NCBI GenBank assembly: GCA_963749705.1
Contig: CAVVNQ010000018.1
Location: 90,195 to 154,194 of the forward strand
Origin: an uncultured Chloroflexia bacterium
Lineage (GTDB): Bacteria; Chloroflexota; Limnocylindria; Limnocylindrales; CSP1-4
Length of the DNA stretch: 64,000 nt
Reading direction: 5' to 3'
Position numbers and translations under genes: made by a program. This document shows, piece by piece, positions 33,337-43,253 of the stretch; position 1 is the first letter of the stretch; the number at the start of each line of letters is the position of its first letter. The notes beneath the pieces are model-generated. The model was given only the letters and a program-made list of their open reading frames with translations, did not search any database and was not told where the DNA came from.

Positions 33337-33609
33337 ATGCACTCCTCTCTCATCGGCAAGGTCGAGAAGGCGAATCGCTACGCTCGCGAGCTTGATCGGA
33401 TCACGATCGAGCGCGTCGCCCTGACGTTCCGCGGTGACAACGACACCCATCACGTCAGCCTCGATGCCGGCCAGTGGCACTGCACGTGTCACTACTTCGA
33501 GAGCTGGGGCTCGTGCGTCCATCTCCTCGCGCTGCAGAAGATCTTCGGTGTGATGCTGCCCGAGGACGCGCAGGTCTCGATCTTCAACGCGGCCCCCGCA
33601 CCCGCCTGA
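33337..33609 (+). CDS. Small SWIM zinc-finger protein
   Basis: GGAGG SD; CTC-x8-CVH SWIM-type motif. Confidence 0.75.
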   Translation: MHSSLIGKVEKANRYARELDRITIERVALTFRGDNDTHHVSLDAGQWHCTCHYFESWGSCVHLLALQKIFGVMLPEDAQVSIFNAAPAPA

Positions 33610-33638
33610 CCGCGCCCGCACGCACCGCGCCCCGCACG
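33609..33638 (+). repeat. 15-bp tandem duplication
   Basis: ACCGCGCCCGCACGC x2. Confidence 0.7.
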
Positions 33639-33702
33639 CCGGGGCCGCTGGCACCCGGCTGAGGCGGCGGACGAGCGGCCGCGGCACCGGACCGGCACGC
33701 GC

Positions 33703-34269
33703 TCATGGCGCGACCTCGAGTCGCCAGAACCACGTGGCGTCGTATCCGGCCGCGAACGTGGCAGTGAGCTCGAGGCTCCAGTCCCCGGGCCGTCCGGGCG
33801 CGGCGATCACGATCGCGCCACCGGCGCCTTCGGCGCCGGGCACGGCATCGCCCGCCGCGCCGTCGACGACCGGTGCCCATCGGGCGAGCCACGTCGCCTG
33901 GCCGAGTCCGGGGTCGAATGACACCGCGACCGGCCCGCTGGATACATCGACGATCGGGTCACCGACGATCCACGGCGCGTCCGACACCAGCCCGTTCCAG
34001 CTGAACGTGCCCAGATCGCCGGCGACCGGTGCGTCCCAGGTTCCGGTGAGCATCGCCCGCGGGGGATCCGCGGGCATCGGCGGGAGGCTCGGGCGCACGC
34101 TCGGGGAGAGGCTTGGCGCTGCCGGCGAGGGACTGTCCGGCGCCGGCGGCTCGGTCGGGGTCGCGCTCGGCGCGCCCCCGCCGCATGCCGCAAGCGTCGC
34201 GACGACGAGCAGCGCCCAAACCAGGCGACGCGGGCAGCCGCGAGCGCCGGGGGCGACCGCGTTCGGCAT
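33703..34269 (-). CDS. Hypothetical lipoprotein
   Basis: LVWALLVVATLAAC lipobox, Pro/Ser linker; TGATG coupling to upstream gene. Confidence 0.7.
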   Translation of the reverse strand: MPNAVAPGARGCPRRLVWALLVVATLAACGGGAPSATPTEPPAPDSPSPAAPSLSPSVRPSLPPMPADPPRAMLTGTWDAPVAGDLGTFSWNGLVSDAPWIVGDPIVDVSSGPVAVSFDPGLGQATWLARWAPVVDGAAGDAVPGAEGAGGAIVIAAPGRPGDWSLELTATFAAGYDATWFWRLEVAP

Positions 34270-35312
34270 CACGACCCCCCGCCGATGATGGACAGGGGAC
34301 ACGGCTTGTAGGCACACCCGGTAAAGGCGCTGACGCTCAGCGTCGACGCCGTCGAGCCCCGGAGGCCTTCGCCGGCGGGCTTCGAGAACACGGCCCGGAA
34401 GCTCTCGGACGCCCACACGACGACCGACGCCGAGTACCTCCCCGACGACCCGGAGGCCATCGTCGCGATCGTCGACCAGCCGCTGCCCGTGCTGCCCTGG
34501 AGGACCACGACGCGGGCGTTGACCGGGTTGTTCAGCAGGCGTCCGGTTCCGGCGCTCGTCAGGGTTGCGGTGAAGGTGACGGTCGAGCCGGCCACCACCG
34601 CGGTCGCGGACGACGTGAGGGCGAGCTTTGTGGGCACGTCGAGACACGTGCTGTACAGGGTCGTCCAGGTCTGGACGTCGTACTGCTGCTGGAGGGTTGC
34701 CACGTCGCAGCGCGCGTACCTGTGGGCGTTCCATCCGGCCTTCGGCTTCGCCGGCTGGATGCGCTGCATGATGGCGTCGAGGGCGTCGCTGTTGTCCGGG
34801 AGGTTCACGTGGTGGTCGAGGATCATCACGTGCCCCAGCTCGTGGAGGGCCACGTTCTCGGCCTCGAAGCAGCCGTTCGGCGATCCGGTCATCTCGCACC
34901 AGCGCAGCGTGCCCCAGTCGTAGCGGTGGCCGTTCTCGCGATACCACACGCCGAACCAGCCGGGTGGATCGCGGCGCATGCAGGCCAGGGCGTTGACGCC
35001 GCACGGGACCGAGGTGCCGTAGTAGACGAGATTGCCCGAGCTGCTCGAATAGGCGAACGTCGGCGCCTTCGACAGCCGCGTGCCGTTGGCGTCCGCCGCG
35101 CCCCTCGCGATCGCCGAGCGGATCGCCGACGGCGGGGTGCCGGACGACGACCAGCGGTAGGTCAGGCCGAGGTTCTGGGCGTACAGGCCGCCGCCGAGGA
35201 TCGGGTCGGGGGTGGCCCCGACGGCGGGCAGCACGTTCGCGAGCGACAGGATCAGGCCGAGCACGAGGGTGACGACGTGGACCGCCGTCCTGCGGCGCAG
35301 CTTGCCGGTCAT
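34269..35312 (-). CDS. Secreted metzincin (matrixin-like) metalloprotease
   Basis: Signal peptide; HELGHVMILDH zinc motif and AIM Met-turn; Ig-like C-terminus. Confidence 0.72.
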   Translation of the reverse strand: MTGKLRRRTAVHVVTLVLGLILSLANVLPAVGATPDPILGGGLYAQNLGLTYRWSSSGTPPSAIRSAIARGAADANGTRLSKAPTFAYSSSSGNLVYYGTSVPCGVNALACMRRDPPGWFGVWYRENGHRYDWGTLRWCEMTGSPNGCFEAENVALHELGHVMILDHHVNLPDNSDALDAIMQRIQPAKPKAGWNAHRYARCDVATLQQQYDVQTWTTLYSTCLDVPTKLALTSSATAVVAGSTVTFTATLTSAGTGRLLNNPVNARVVVLQGSTGSGWSTIATMASGSSGRYSASVVVWASESFRAVFSKPAGEGLRGSTASTLSVSAFTGCAYKPCPLSIIGGGS

Positions 35313-36400
35313 CGGGTCGCCTCCTCGATGGCGTCGAGGGCGGAGGTCAGCGGGTTGATGGCCCGAGCGTCACGCGGATCGGACACGAGGCCATCCGGCG
35401 CCACCAGCAGGTCATCCACGGGAACCGTCGAGCCGCTGGTCGCGGCCGACCCGTCCCGAACGGGCAGCAGCCCGGCGCCGCCGGCGACGGTCGAGCGGCC
35501 CCCGGTGTCGAGGTCGACCAGCTCCAGCCGGCCGTCGGTCGCCGAGTACGCGACGACACCCAGGCCCGTCCCGCCGACGATCGCCGGGCCCGCCTCGCGC
35601 ACGATGACGCTTCGCTCGTGCGCCTCGACATCGACGGCGATCACGGGGCACGGGAACCCGTGGCACACGCCGGCGGCGATGACCGTCGAACCGCGCATCC
35701 CGAGCATCGGGCCGGTCGCCTCGACCGACGTCACGTGCCTGGTCACCGGATCGAGGATCCGGCTCCGGCAGGCGAGCTCGCCGCATGACGACACGGCCAG
35801 CCGGCCGCCGTCGACGAGGCGCAGCTCCGTGCTGAACGTCGGACCGTAGCGATCATCCGGCGCCAGCCCGGGCAGCACCTGGATCGCCGTCGAGCTGCCC
35901 GGCTCACGGCGCCAGACCCCGAGGTCCGCGCGTGTCACCCGGTCGACCCGGTGCTCCCAGATCGTCCCGTCGCCGGACGCAAGGACGGCACCCCGGATCA
36001 CGTCCGCCTCGCGCGCGACGACCGTTGCGCACCCCCGGCCGACGTCGATGACGCGCAGCTCTGAGGCCGCCCCATCGTCATCGCCCACCACGACCCGGCC
36101 GTCCACCGGGCCGGATGCGAATGACTCCGGCGACAGGTCGAGGTGCTGCTCCCGGCGACCGATCCGGCCGAGCGTGAGCCGCCGGCCCTCGAGCGTCCCA
36201 GTGTCGTCGAGCATCGAGTCCAGCCGGTACCAGGCCGCCACCGCTGGTTCGCCGGCCGCGGGCGCCACCGTCGGACACGGCGGTGGCTGCCAGGGTGGTG
36301 CCGCCGCGCTCAGCATCGGCGGGCGGCCGAGCCCGGTCGCGGCGAGCGCCCCGAGCACGGCCAGTGGTGTCAGGCCCCGGACCCATCGGGCAGCCTCCAT
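35309..36400 (-). CDS. Secreted hypothetical protein, probable beta-propeller
   Basis: GGAGGAGG SD, signal peptide, beta-rich repeats with CxxxxC pairs. Confidence 0.65.
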   Translation of the reverse strand: MEAARWVRGLTPLAVLGALAATGLGRPPMLSAAAPPWQPPPCPTVAPAAGEPAVAAWYRLDSMLDDTGTLEGRRLTLGRIGRREQHLDLSPESFASGPVDGRVVVGDDDGAASELRVIDVGRGCATVVAREADVIRGAVLASGDGTIWEHRVDRVTRADLGVWRREPGSSTAIQVLPGLAPDDRYGPTFSTELRLVDGGRLAVSSCGELACRSRILDPVTRHVTSVEATGPMLGMRGSTVIAAGVCHGFPCPVIAVDVEAHERSVIVREAGPAIVGGTGLGVVAYSATDGRLELVDLDTGGRSTVAGGAGLLPVRDGSAATSGSTVPVDDLLVAPDGLVSDPRDARAINPLTSALDAIEEATR

Positions 36401-36510
36401 GAGAACCTCCTCCGGCGGGGACATCGGTGGCGGGAGGAGGGCGAGGTCGCAAGTGTCGCGGGCGCCACATATCGCCCACTTATCGGGCGGCGGAGTGGTA
36501 CGCTCGATGG

Positions 36511-36640
36511 GTCATCGGGACCGCGTGGTCCCCCAAGATCCGACGCGGTACGGTCGCGAAGCCGGTGCGATTCCGGCACAGTCCCGCTACGGTGACCGCC
36601 CCCCGGGGGCGGAAGTCCGGTCGCCGACCTGCCGTCGCCG
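36511..36640 (+). ncRNA. Cobalamin riboswitch
   Basis: GCGAAGCCGGTGCGATTCCGGCACAGTCCCGCTACGGTGA...GGAAGTCCGGTCGCCGACCTGCCG core upstream of BtuFCD-like genes; -10 TACGCT at 36499. Confidence 0.85.
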
Positions 36641-36688
36641 CTCGAGCCTTCGAGAGAAAGGTCAGGCGTATCGTGCGATCCACCGCCT

Positions 36689-36727
36689 GACCCTTGCTTC
36701 GACCCGAAGCGAGGGTCTTCTGCTTCT
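36689..36727 (+). terminator. Riboswitch-controlled intrinsic terminator
   Basis: GACCCTTGCTTCG-ACC-CGAAGCGAGGGTC followed by TTCTGCTTCT. Confidence 0.65.
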
Positions 36728-36754
36728 CCGGCCTTCCCGCACACTGGAGTCCCC

Positions 36755-37804
36755 GTGGACGCACGTCCGTATCGATCGAGCCCAGCCCGCGCCGCGCGGG
36801 TGATCCCTGTCCTGCTGCTGATCCTCGTGACGGCCCTGGCCGCGTGCGCCGGGCCCGCCGCGACGGCCTCGCCCGCCCCCGGCACGCCCGCGCAATCCGC
36901 CGCGCCGACGCCACCCCCGACCAGCGCCCCCGCCTTTCCCGCGGCCATCACCGACGACGAGGGCACGACGGTCACGATCCCGGCCGAGCCCCGGCGCATC
37001 GTCGCGCTGACCCCGGCCGCCACAGAGACGCTGTTCGCGCTCGGCGTGGGTGACCGGATCGTGGGCAAGGCCGAGGACGTCCTGCTGTATCCGCCCGAGG
37101 CGGCCGCCGTCCCGGACGTCGAGAAGTTCGACGGCAGCGCCGTCACCGTCGACATCGAGAAGATCGTCGCCGCGAAGGCGGACCTCGTGATCGCGGGCGG
37201 CAACTTCGGGACGCCACCGGACGCCGTCCAGCGGCTGCGCGAGCTGGGCCTGCCCGTCGTGGTCGTGTATGCGCCATCGGTTGCGACGGTCCTCGACGAC
37301 ATCGAGCTGCTGGGGAGGGCCGTTGGGCGGTCGGACGAGGCTGCCGCGATCACGCAGCGGATGAGCGACGCGTTCTCTTCGGTCGAGACCGCCGTCGCCG
37401 GGGAGACGCGACCTCGGGTGTACTACGAGATCGACGCCACCGGCGCGTACTACGGCCCGGCCGACGATTCGTTCCTGGCCGAGATGATCTCGATGGCCGG
37501 TGGCGACCCGATCACGACCGGGTCCCCGGACAAGTTCGACATCTCCGGCGAGCGCCTGCTCCAGACGGACCCCGAGGTCATCCTGCTGGCCGATGCCGCA
37601 TACGGCGTGACCGCCGCGGACGTGGCGGGGCGACCCGGCTGGTCGACGATGACGGCGGTCAAGGCCGGCGACATCCGGCCCATCGATGACTCCACGATCA
37701 CGCGGCCGGGACCACGCCTGTTCCTGGGCCTCGCGCTGCTCGCCTCGACGATCCATCCGGACGCGGCGATCCCGTCCATGGCCCCGGTGCCCCCGGTCCC
37801 GTGA
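36755..37804 (+). CDS. btuF: Cobalamin ABC substrate-binding lipoprotein (BtuF-like)
   Basis: LAAC lipobox; PRRIVALTPAATETLFALG, RPGPRL; B12 riboswitch upstream. Confidence 0.82.
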   Translation: MDARPYRSSPARAARVIPVLLLILVTALAACAGPAATASPAPGTPAQSAAPTPPPTSAPAFPAAITDDEGTTVTIPAEPRRIVALTPAATETLFALGVGDRIVGKAEDVLLYPPEAAAVPDVEKFDGSAVTVDIEKIVAAKADLVIAGGNFGTPPDAVQRLRELGLPVVVVYAPSVATVLDDIELLGRAVGRSDEAAAITQRMSDAFSSVETAVAGETRPRVYYEIDATGAYYGPADDSFLAEMISMAGGDPITTGSPDKFDISGERLLQTDPEVILLADAAYGVTAADVAGRPGWSTMTAVKAGDIRPIDDSTITRPGPRLFLGLALLASTIHPDAAIPSMAPVPPVP

Positions 37805-38880
37805 CGTTCGGCGCGACCGCCTTCGGCGACACCGGCTCCCGGCTGGATGCGGCCGCGCGCGCTCGCGACCGGCGCCTGTGGCTCGTCGTCGGCGGGCTCG
37901 TCGTCGGCGTCACCGGGGCGCTGCTGGGGATCGCGCTGGGGAGCGTGCCGATCCCGTTCGGCGACACCGTCGCCATCGTGGTCGACCGGCTGCTCGGCAC
38001 CCACCTGTCGAGCGCCGATCCCGCCACGGTGGCCATCGTCTGGGACCTGCGCGTCCCCCGGGTCCTGACGGCGATGATCGTCGGGACCGGCCTCGCGGTC
38101 GCCGGTGCGACGTTCCAGGGACTGCTCCGCAACCCGCTCGCGGACCCGTACGTGCTGGGTACCGCGTCCGGGGCGGCGCTGGGGGCGGCGATCGCGGTGC
38201 TGATCCCGATCCGGACGCTGGTCCTGGGCTTTGGCCTGATCCACGTCCTCGCGTTCGGCGGCGCGCTCATCGCGGTCACGACCGTGTACCGGCTGTCGCG
38301 GGTGAGCGGTCTCGCGCCGCTGACCAGCCTGCTCCTGACGGGGTACGCGGTCGCCTCGCTGCTGTCGGCGGGGCTGGCGATGACGATGTACCTGTCGGGC
38401 GCGGCGCTGCGCCAGATCTTCACCTACCTGCTGGGCAGCTTCGACCTTTCGTCGTGGGAGCGCCTCGCGGGCGCGCTCCCGATCGTGGTCCTCGGGTCGG
38501 TCGTGATCATGACCCGGGCGCGCTCGCTCAACGCCCTGCTGCTGGGCGAGGAGTCGGCCAGCCACCTCGGGATCAACGTCGGGCGCGAGCGGGCGCTGCT
38601 GCTCGCGCTCGCGTCGCTGGTGACGGCCGCCGCCGTCACGATCAGCGGCCTGATCGGGTTCGTCGGGCTCGTGGTCCCCCACGTCGTCCGGCTGCTGGTC
38701 GGACCCAATGCGCGTGCCGTCCTGCCGATCTCGGCGATCTGGGGCGCCAACCTGCTCGTGTTCGCGGACCTCGCGGCGCGGCTCGCGGGTGACATCCCGG
38801 TGGGCGTGGTGACCGCGCTCATCGGGGCGCCGTTCTTCCTGGCCCTGCTGCGGCGCGCGCGCACCGGGTACGAGCTGTGA
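37801..38880 (+). CDS. btuC: FecCD/BtuC family permease
   Basis: LRVPRVL, QGLLRNPLADPYVLG, GLIGFVGLVVPH. Confidence 0.85.
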   Translation: MTFGATAFGDTGSRLDAAARARDRRLWLVVGGLVVGVTGALLGIALGSVPIPFGDTVAIVVDRLLGTHLSSADPATVAIVWDLRVPRVLTAMIVGTGLAVAGATFQGLLRNPLADPYVLGTASGAALGAAIAVLIPIRTLVLGFGLIHVLAFGGALIAVTTVYRLSRVSGLAPLTSLLLTGYAVASLLSAGLAMTMYLSGAALRQIFTYLLGSFDLSSWERLAGALPIVVLGSVVIMTRARSLNALLLGEESASHLGINVGRERALLLALASLVTAAAVTISGLIGFVGLVVPHVVRLLVGPNARAVLPISAIWGANLLVFADLAARLAGDIPVGVVTALIGAPFFLALLRRARTGYEL

Positions 38881-39644
38881 CCGGCCCGGCGCTGCTCGTG
38901 GACGGCGCGACGGTCGAGATCCGCGGCCGCGCGATCCTGCGGGACGTGTCGTTGCGCGTGGAGCACGGCGAGCGGGTGGCGCTGATCGGCCCGAACGGCG
39001 CTGGCAAGTCCACCCTGCTCCGCGTCCTGGCCGGGATCCTGCGGCCGACCGCCGGCCGCATGCTGCTCGACGACCAGCCGATCGCCGGCGTCGACCGCGC
39101 CGAGGTCGCACGTCGGCTCGCCGTCGTGCCCCAGCAGACCGCGCTGCCGTTCTCGATGCGCGTCGAGGAGGTCGTCGCGCTCGGCCGGCTGCCCCACGAG
39201 TCCGCCCTGCGGGGTGCGAGCCCCGCCGACCGGGCGGCGGTGGCGGCGGCGATCGACCGGGTCGGCCTTGGACACCTGATCGGGCGCGATGCGCGCGAGC
39301 TGTCGCTGGGCGAGCGGCAGCTGGTGCTGCTCGCGCTGGCCGTCGCCCAGGCCGCGCCGGTGCTGCTGCTCGACGAGCCCACGGTCCACCTCGACCTCCG
39401 TCACCAGGTCGAGGCGATGGAGCTGCTGCGGGACCTCAACGAGCGCGACGGAACGGCCCTGGTCGCGGTCCTCCATGACCTCGGGCTGGCCGCCCACTTC
39501 TTTCCGCGGCTGATCGTGATCGACCGCGGGCGGGTCGTCGCGGACGGGGCGCCGGCCGACGTGCTGAGCGACGACCTGATCCGGGACGTGTTCGGCGTCT
39601 CACCCGCGCTGGTGCGTCTGGCCGCCGCCGAGGTGGGCGACTGA
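38877..39644 (+). CDS. btuD: Cobalamin/iron ABC ATP-binding protein
   Basis: GPNGAGKST, LSLGERQ, LLLDEPTVHLD, VLHDL. Confidence 0.82.
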   Translation: MTGPALLVDGATVEIRGRAILRDVSLRVEHGERVALIGPNGAGKSTLLRVLAGILRPTAGRMLLDDQPIAGVDRAEVARRLAVVPQQTALPFSMRVEEVVALGRLPHESALRGASPADRAAVAAAIDRVGLGHLIGRDARELSLGERQLVLLALAVAQAAPVLLLDEPTVHLDLRHQVEAMELLRDLNERDGTALVAVLHDLGLAAHFFPRLIVIDRGRVVADGAPADVLSDDLIRDVFGVSPALVRLAAAEVGD

Positions 39645-39687
39645 CCCCCGGCGTGCGCTCCGGCGCCCGGACCGGTACGCTTGACGC

Positions 39688-40380
39688 GTGCTGAGACGCC
39701 GGGTCGCATTGCCGCTGGCCATCGCCGTGCTGGTTGCCGCATGCGGGTCCTCCGGCCCGTCGAGCGCCGTGACGACCACGAGCACGCCGGCCGCCTCGGC
39801 GGCGATCCCATCCGAGTCGGTGGGAGTCGTCACGGGCGGAGGCGACGAATCCGCGGCGCCCGAGAGCCAGGCTCCCGAAAGCGAGCAGCCAAGCGCCACG
39901 GAGCCGCCGGTCGAATCCGCGGAGCCGTCCGCCGAGCCCAGTGCCTCCGCAGCGCCCGGCGCGGCCGACGACTGCACGGGCACCGATGCCAACCGCCAGT
40001 TCTTTGCGAGCGTCGCCCAGGCCGTCGACTGGACGGTCCTGTGCGCGGCGCTTCCCAAGGGATGGTTCGTCTCGACGGGCTCGTACCGGCTGGCGAACGG
40101 CGGCAAGCTCATCGTGTCGTACAAGGGCCCGTCCGGCGCCACGCTCGATCTCTCCGAAGGAACGTACTGCTCGTTCCCGGGCGCCTGCGTTCCGGGTGGG
40201 ACGGAGATCGGTGACGCCGCGATGGGACCGCTGACGGGCACCATGATCGCGATCGATGGCGGCGGGTACGCGGTCGTCGTGGATCCCGGCGCGGAACAAG
40301 GGTGGCTGCTCGAGGCGCACGGGATCGACGAGGCCACGACCCGTGACTTCGCTGCCGCGCTGGTCGAGGTCGCCGGGTAG
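39688..40380 (+). CDS. Hypothetical lipoprotein
   Basis: LVAAC lipobox, Ser/Glu/Pro linker, LPKGW domain with four Cys. Confidence 0.72.
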   Translation: MLRRRVALPLAIAVLVAACGSSGPSSAVTTTSTPAASAAIPSESVGVVTGGGDESAAPESQAPESEQPSATEPPVESAEPSAEPSASAAPGAADDCTGTDANRQFFASVAQAVDWTVLCAALPKGWFVSTGSYRLANGGKLIVSYKGPSGATLDLSEGTYCSFPGACVPGGTEIGDAAMGPLTGTMIAIDGGGYAVVVDPGAEQGWLLEAHGIDEATTRDFAAALVEVAG

Positions 40381-40426
40381 CGCGTCTCGCCGGCATCGGG
40401 AGCCGCGTTTGCGCGTCGGACGGTCG

Positions 40427-41235
40427 CTACCCGCGGGAGAGTGGTTCGCCCCAGACGATGTTCGCGATGATGGACTGCCGGACGACTCCGTCCGGGCAGT
40501 GCTCGCGGATCGCGGCCGACGCGTCGCGGTCGAACGCCTCCGCGTCGATGTGCGCGCGGGTCAGCGTGCTCCTGGCGTGGTGCGCGCTGACGAAGTCCTC
40601 GAGGGGCTGCTCGAACACGACCGGCGCCGTGTCCCGCTCGCCGAGCCGCCGGAAGCCGCGTCCTGCCCCAGGCCGCGATCATGTCGTACGGCACGTACCA
40701 CGGGTTCGTCGAATAGCGCGTGACCACCTCGGCAAGCGGGGAGTCCCATGGCCGCGGCTCGCAGCGGAGCTGCACACGGCGAGCACGGCGCCGGGCGCCA
40801 GCGCCGCGGCGAGCCGCGGCATCAGGACCTCATGGTCCATCCAGTGCAGGCTCTCGCCGCCGACCGCCATCGCGTACGGCGGGTCCAGGGCCGCCTCCTC
40901 CGCTCGCGCGACCTGCCATCGGATGTTCGACGCGATGCCGCCCGGCAGCGACTTCGCGATCTCGATCATCGGCGCCGCGAGATCGATGGCGTCGATGCGG
41001 TCCACTCGTTGTCCGAGCGGTCGCGCGATGTTGCCGGTGCCGCACCCGAGGTCGAGCACCGTTCGCGGCCCGGCCGGCATCAGTGACAGGAGGATGTCGA
41101 ACACCTGTTCCGGATACGTCGGCCGAAGCCGGTAGCTCTCCGCGGCATCCCGGTCTTGCCATCGGCGCGCGTGCTCGGCATGCAGCGCCGGCGCGTCGAT
41201 CGGCGGCCGGTCGTCCCTCGGGTCTGGTCGCTCAT
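40427..41235 (-). pseudogene. Class I SAM-dependent methyltransferase split by about 3 frameshifts
   Basis: YRLRPTYP..VLDLGCGTG..SLHWMD in one frame; PWDSPLAEVVTRYST and FEQPLEDFV..IVWGEP in other frames. Confidence 0.7.
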
Positions 41236-41302
41236 CGGGTCGTGGTCCGGTGCGTCGCCAGCATCGGGCACGACGGCAGGTCGGCTGGGCGATGATGTCG
41301 GC

Positions 41303-42424
41303 ATGCGGATCGACGACTTCGCGCTCGAGCGGTACTTCGCGCGGTACGAGTTCAGCGTCAGGCACCTGCTGTGCGCCTCGGACGTCGAGGGTTGGCCGAT
41401 GGCCGATGTCCTGGCCCTGGCCGATCCGGAGGCAGCCGCCCTGTGGCGAGACCTCCGGCTCGGCTACACCGAGGCGCCGGGTCATCCGCTGCTGCGTGCG
41501 GAGATCGCGTCGCTGTATGACTCCATCGCGCCCGACGAGGTGCTCGTGTTCAGCGGTGCGGAGGAGGCGATCTTCATCCTCGCCAACGTGCTGCTGGGGC
41601 CGGGCGACCACGCGATCGTGGTGTGGCCCGCGTACCAGAGCCTGCACGAGGTCGCCCGCGCCACGGGCGCCGAGGTGACGCTCCACGAGCTCCGGGCGTC
41701 GGATGGCTGGGCGATCGACGTTGACGCGCTGCGGCGCCAGGTCACGTCGCGCACCCGCCTGATCGTGCTCAACGCGCCGCACAATCCGACCGGTTCCATT
41801 CCCGACGTGGACACCTTCCGCGCCGTGGCCGCGATCGCTGCGGATGCCGGCGCCACGCTGCTGTCCGACGAGGTGTACCGGTTCCTGGAGCTCGACCCCG
41901 CGGACCGCCTGCCCGCGGGCGCGGATGTCGGGCCTCACGCGGTGTCGCTGGGGGTCATGTCCAAGGCGTTTGCGATGGCCGGGCTGCGGATCGGCTGGCT
42001 GGCGTCGCATGACGCCCGGCTGCTCGACGCGGCGTCCCGGTTCAAGGACTACACGACGATCTGCGCGTCGGCCCCGGCGGAGATCCTGTCGCTGATCGCA
42101 TTGCGGTCCCGCGACGTGGTGCTGGGCCGGTCGCGGACGATCGTCGAGACGAACATGGCGCTGCTGGACGACCTCTTCGCGCGTCGCGCCGGGGAGCTGT
42201 CGTGGGTCCGGCCGCGCGGGGGCTCGATCGGCTTTCCCGAGCTGCACGGCGGGCGTCCCGTCGACGCCGTTGCCGAGGACCTGGTGCAGGAGGAGGGGGT
42301 GCTGATCGCGCCGGGGTCGATCTTCGGGCATTCCGGCAATCAATTCCGGATCGGGTTCGGGCGAACCGACATGCCCGTGGCCCTCGAGCGGCTCGACGCG
42401 TACCTCGACCGGACGGGGGCCTAG
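41303..42424 (+). CDS. Class I/II PLP-dependent aminotransferase
   Basis: NAPHNPTG, SDEVYR, SKAFAMAGLRIGW. Confidence 0.92.
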   Translation: MRIDDFALERYFARYEFSVRHLLCASDVEGWPMADVLALADPEAAALWRDLRLGYTEAPGHPLLRAEIASLYDSIAPDEVLVFSGAEEAIFILANVLLGPGDHAIVVWPAYQSLHEVARATGAEVTLHELRASDGWAIDVDALRRQVTSRTRLIVLNAPHNPTGSIPDVDTFRAVAAIAADAGATLLSDEVYRFLELDPADRLPAGADVGPHAVSLGVMSKAFAMAGLRIGWLASHDARLLDAASRFKDYTTICASAPAEILSLIALRSRDVVLGRSRTIVETNMALLDDLFARRAGELSWVRPRGGSIGFPELHGGRPVDAVAEDLVQEEGVLIAPGSIFGHSGNQFRIGFGRTDMPVALERLDAYLDRTGA

Positions 42425-42525
42425 GAGCGCGGCGACCACTGGCCCGCCGTTGCACGCCGTCCGGCCCTCCGGCTCCGGGCCGCCGACCGGCATCCTCTCG
42501 ATGCGGCCCGATCAGGAGTGTGTCG

Positions 42526-43218
42526 ATGCGTCTGCGCGCCCGCGGTCCCGCCATCCCCGTCCTGGCCATGCTGCCGCTGCTGGCCACGCTCGCCGGGTGC
42601 GGCTCGGGCCTTCCACCCCAGGCAACGGCGCCTGCGCCTGTGGTCGGGACCGGCTCGATCGCGACCGAGGACCGGACGACGGACGCGTTCCAGCGCGTGA
42701 GCGTCGGTGGCGGGCTGCACGTCGACATCGCGGTGGGTTCGCCGCTGCAGGTCACGGTCTCGGCGCAGGCCAACCTGCTGCCACTGATCGTGACCCGGGT
42801 GAGCGACGGCCAGCTGATCGTCAACATCGCGCCGCCGGGGATCAGCACCAGCCAGCCGATGACGCTGACCGTGATCGTTCCGGACCTTCGCTCGATCACG
42901 CTGTCGGGCGGCGCGACCGGATCGCTCGACGCCACGGCGACCGACCTCGCGATCGATGTCTCGGGCGGCGTCCAGCTCGACGCAACGGGTCGCGTGAGCA
43001 CGCTCCGGCTCACCACGTCGAGCGGCGCGCAGGCGCGGCTGTCGGGGCTGGCGGTGGACTCCGCGACGGTCACCATGTCCGGCGGCAGTCGGGCGGAGCT
43101 CAACGTGACCGGCGACGTGTCGGGGACGGCCACCGAAGGCGCCAACCTCCGGCTCTCGCAGCCACCCGCGTCGACGACGGTGACCACCAGCGGCGGTGCG
43201 GTCATCCAGGGCGCCTGA
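42526..43218 (+). CDS. DUF2807/GIN-domain lipoprotein
   Basis: LAGC lipobox; GTGSIATEDR..FQRV..ANLLPLI; repeated xSGGx beta-solenoid units. Confidence 0.78.
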   Translation: MRLRARGPAIPVLAMLPLLATLAGCGSGLPPQATAPAPVVGTGSIATEDRTTDAFQRVSVGGGLHVDIAVGSPLQVTVSAQANLLPLIVTRVSDGQLIVNIAPPGISTSQPMTLTVIVPDLRSITLSGGATGSLDATATDLAIDVSGGVQLDATGRVSTLRLTTSSGAQARLSGLAVDSATVTMSGGSRAELNVTGDVSGTATEGANLRLSQPPASTTVTTSGGAVIQGA

Positions 43219-43253
43219 CCCGGGAGGGGGGGGAGGGGATGGGGGGACCGCGA

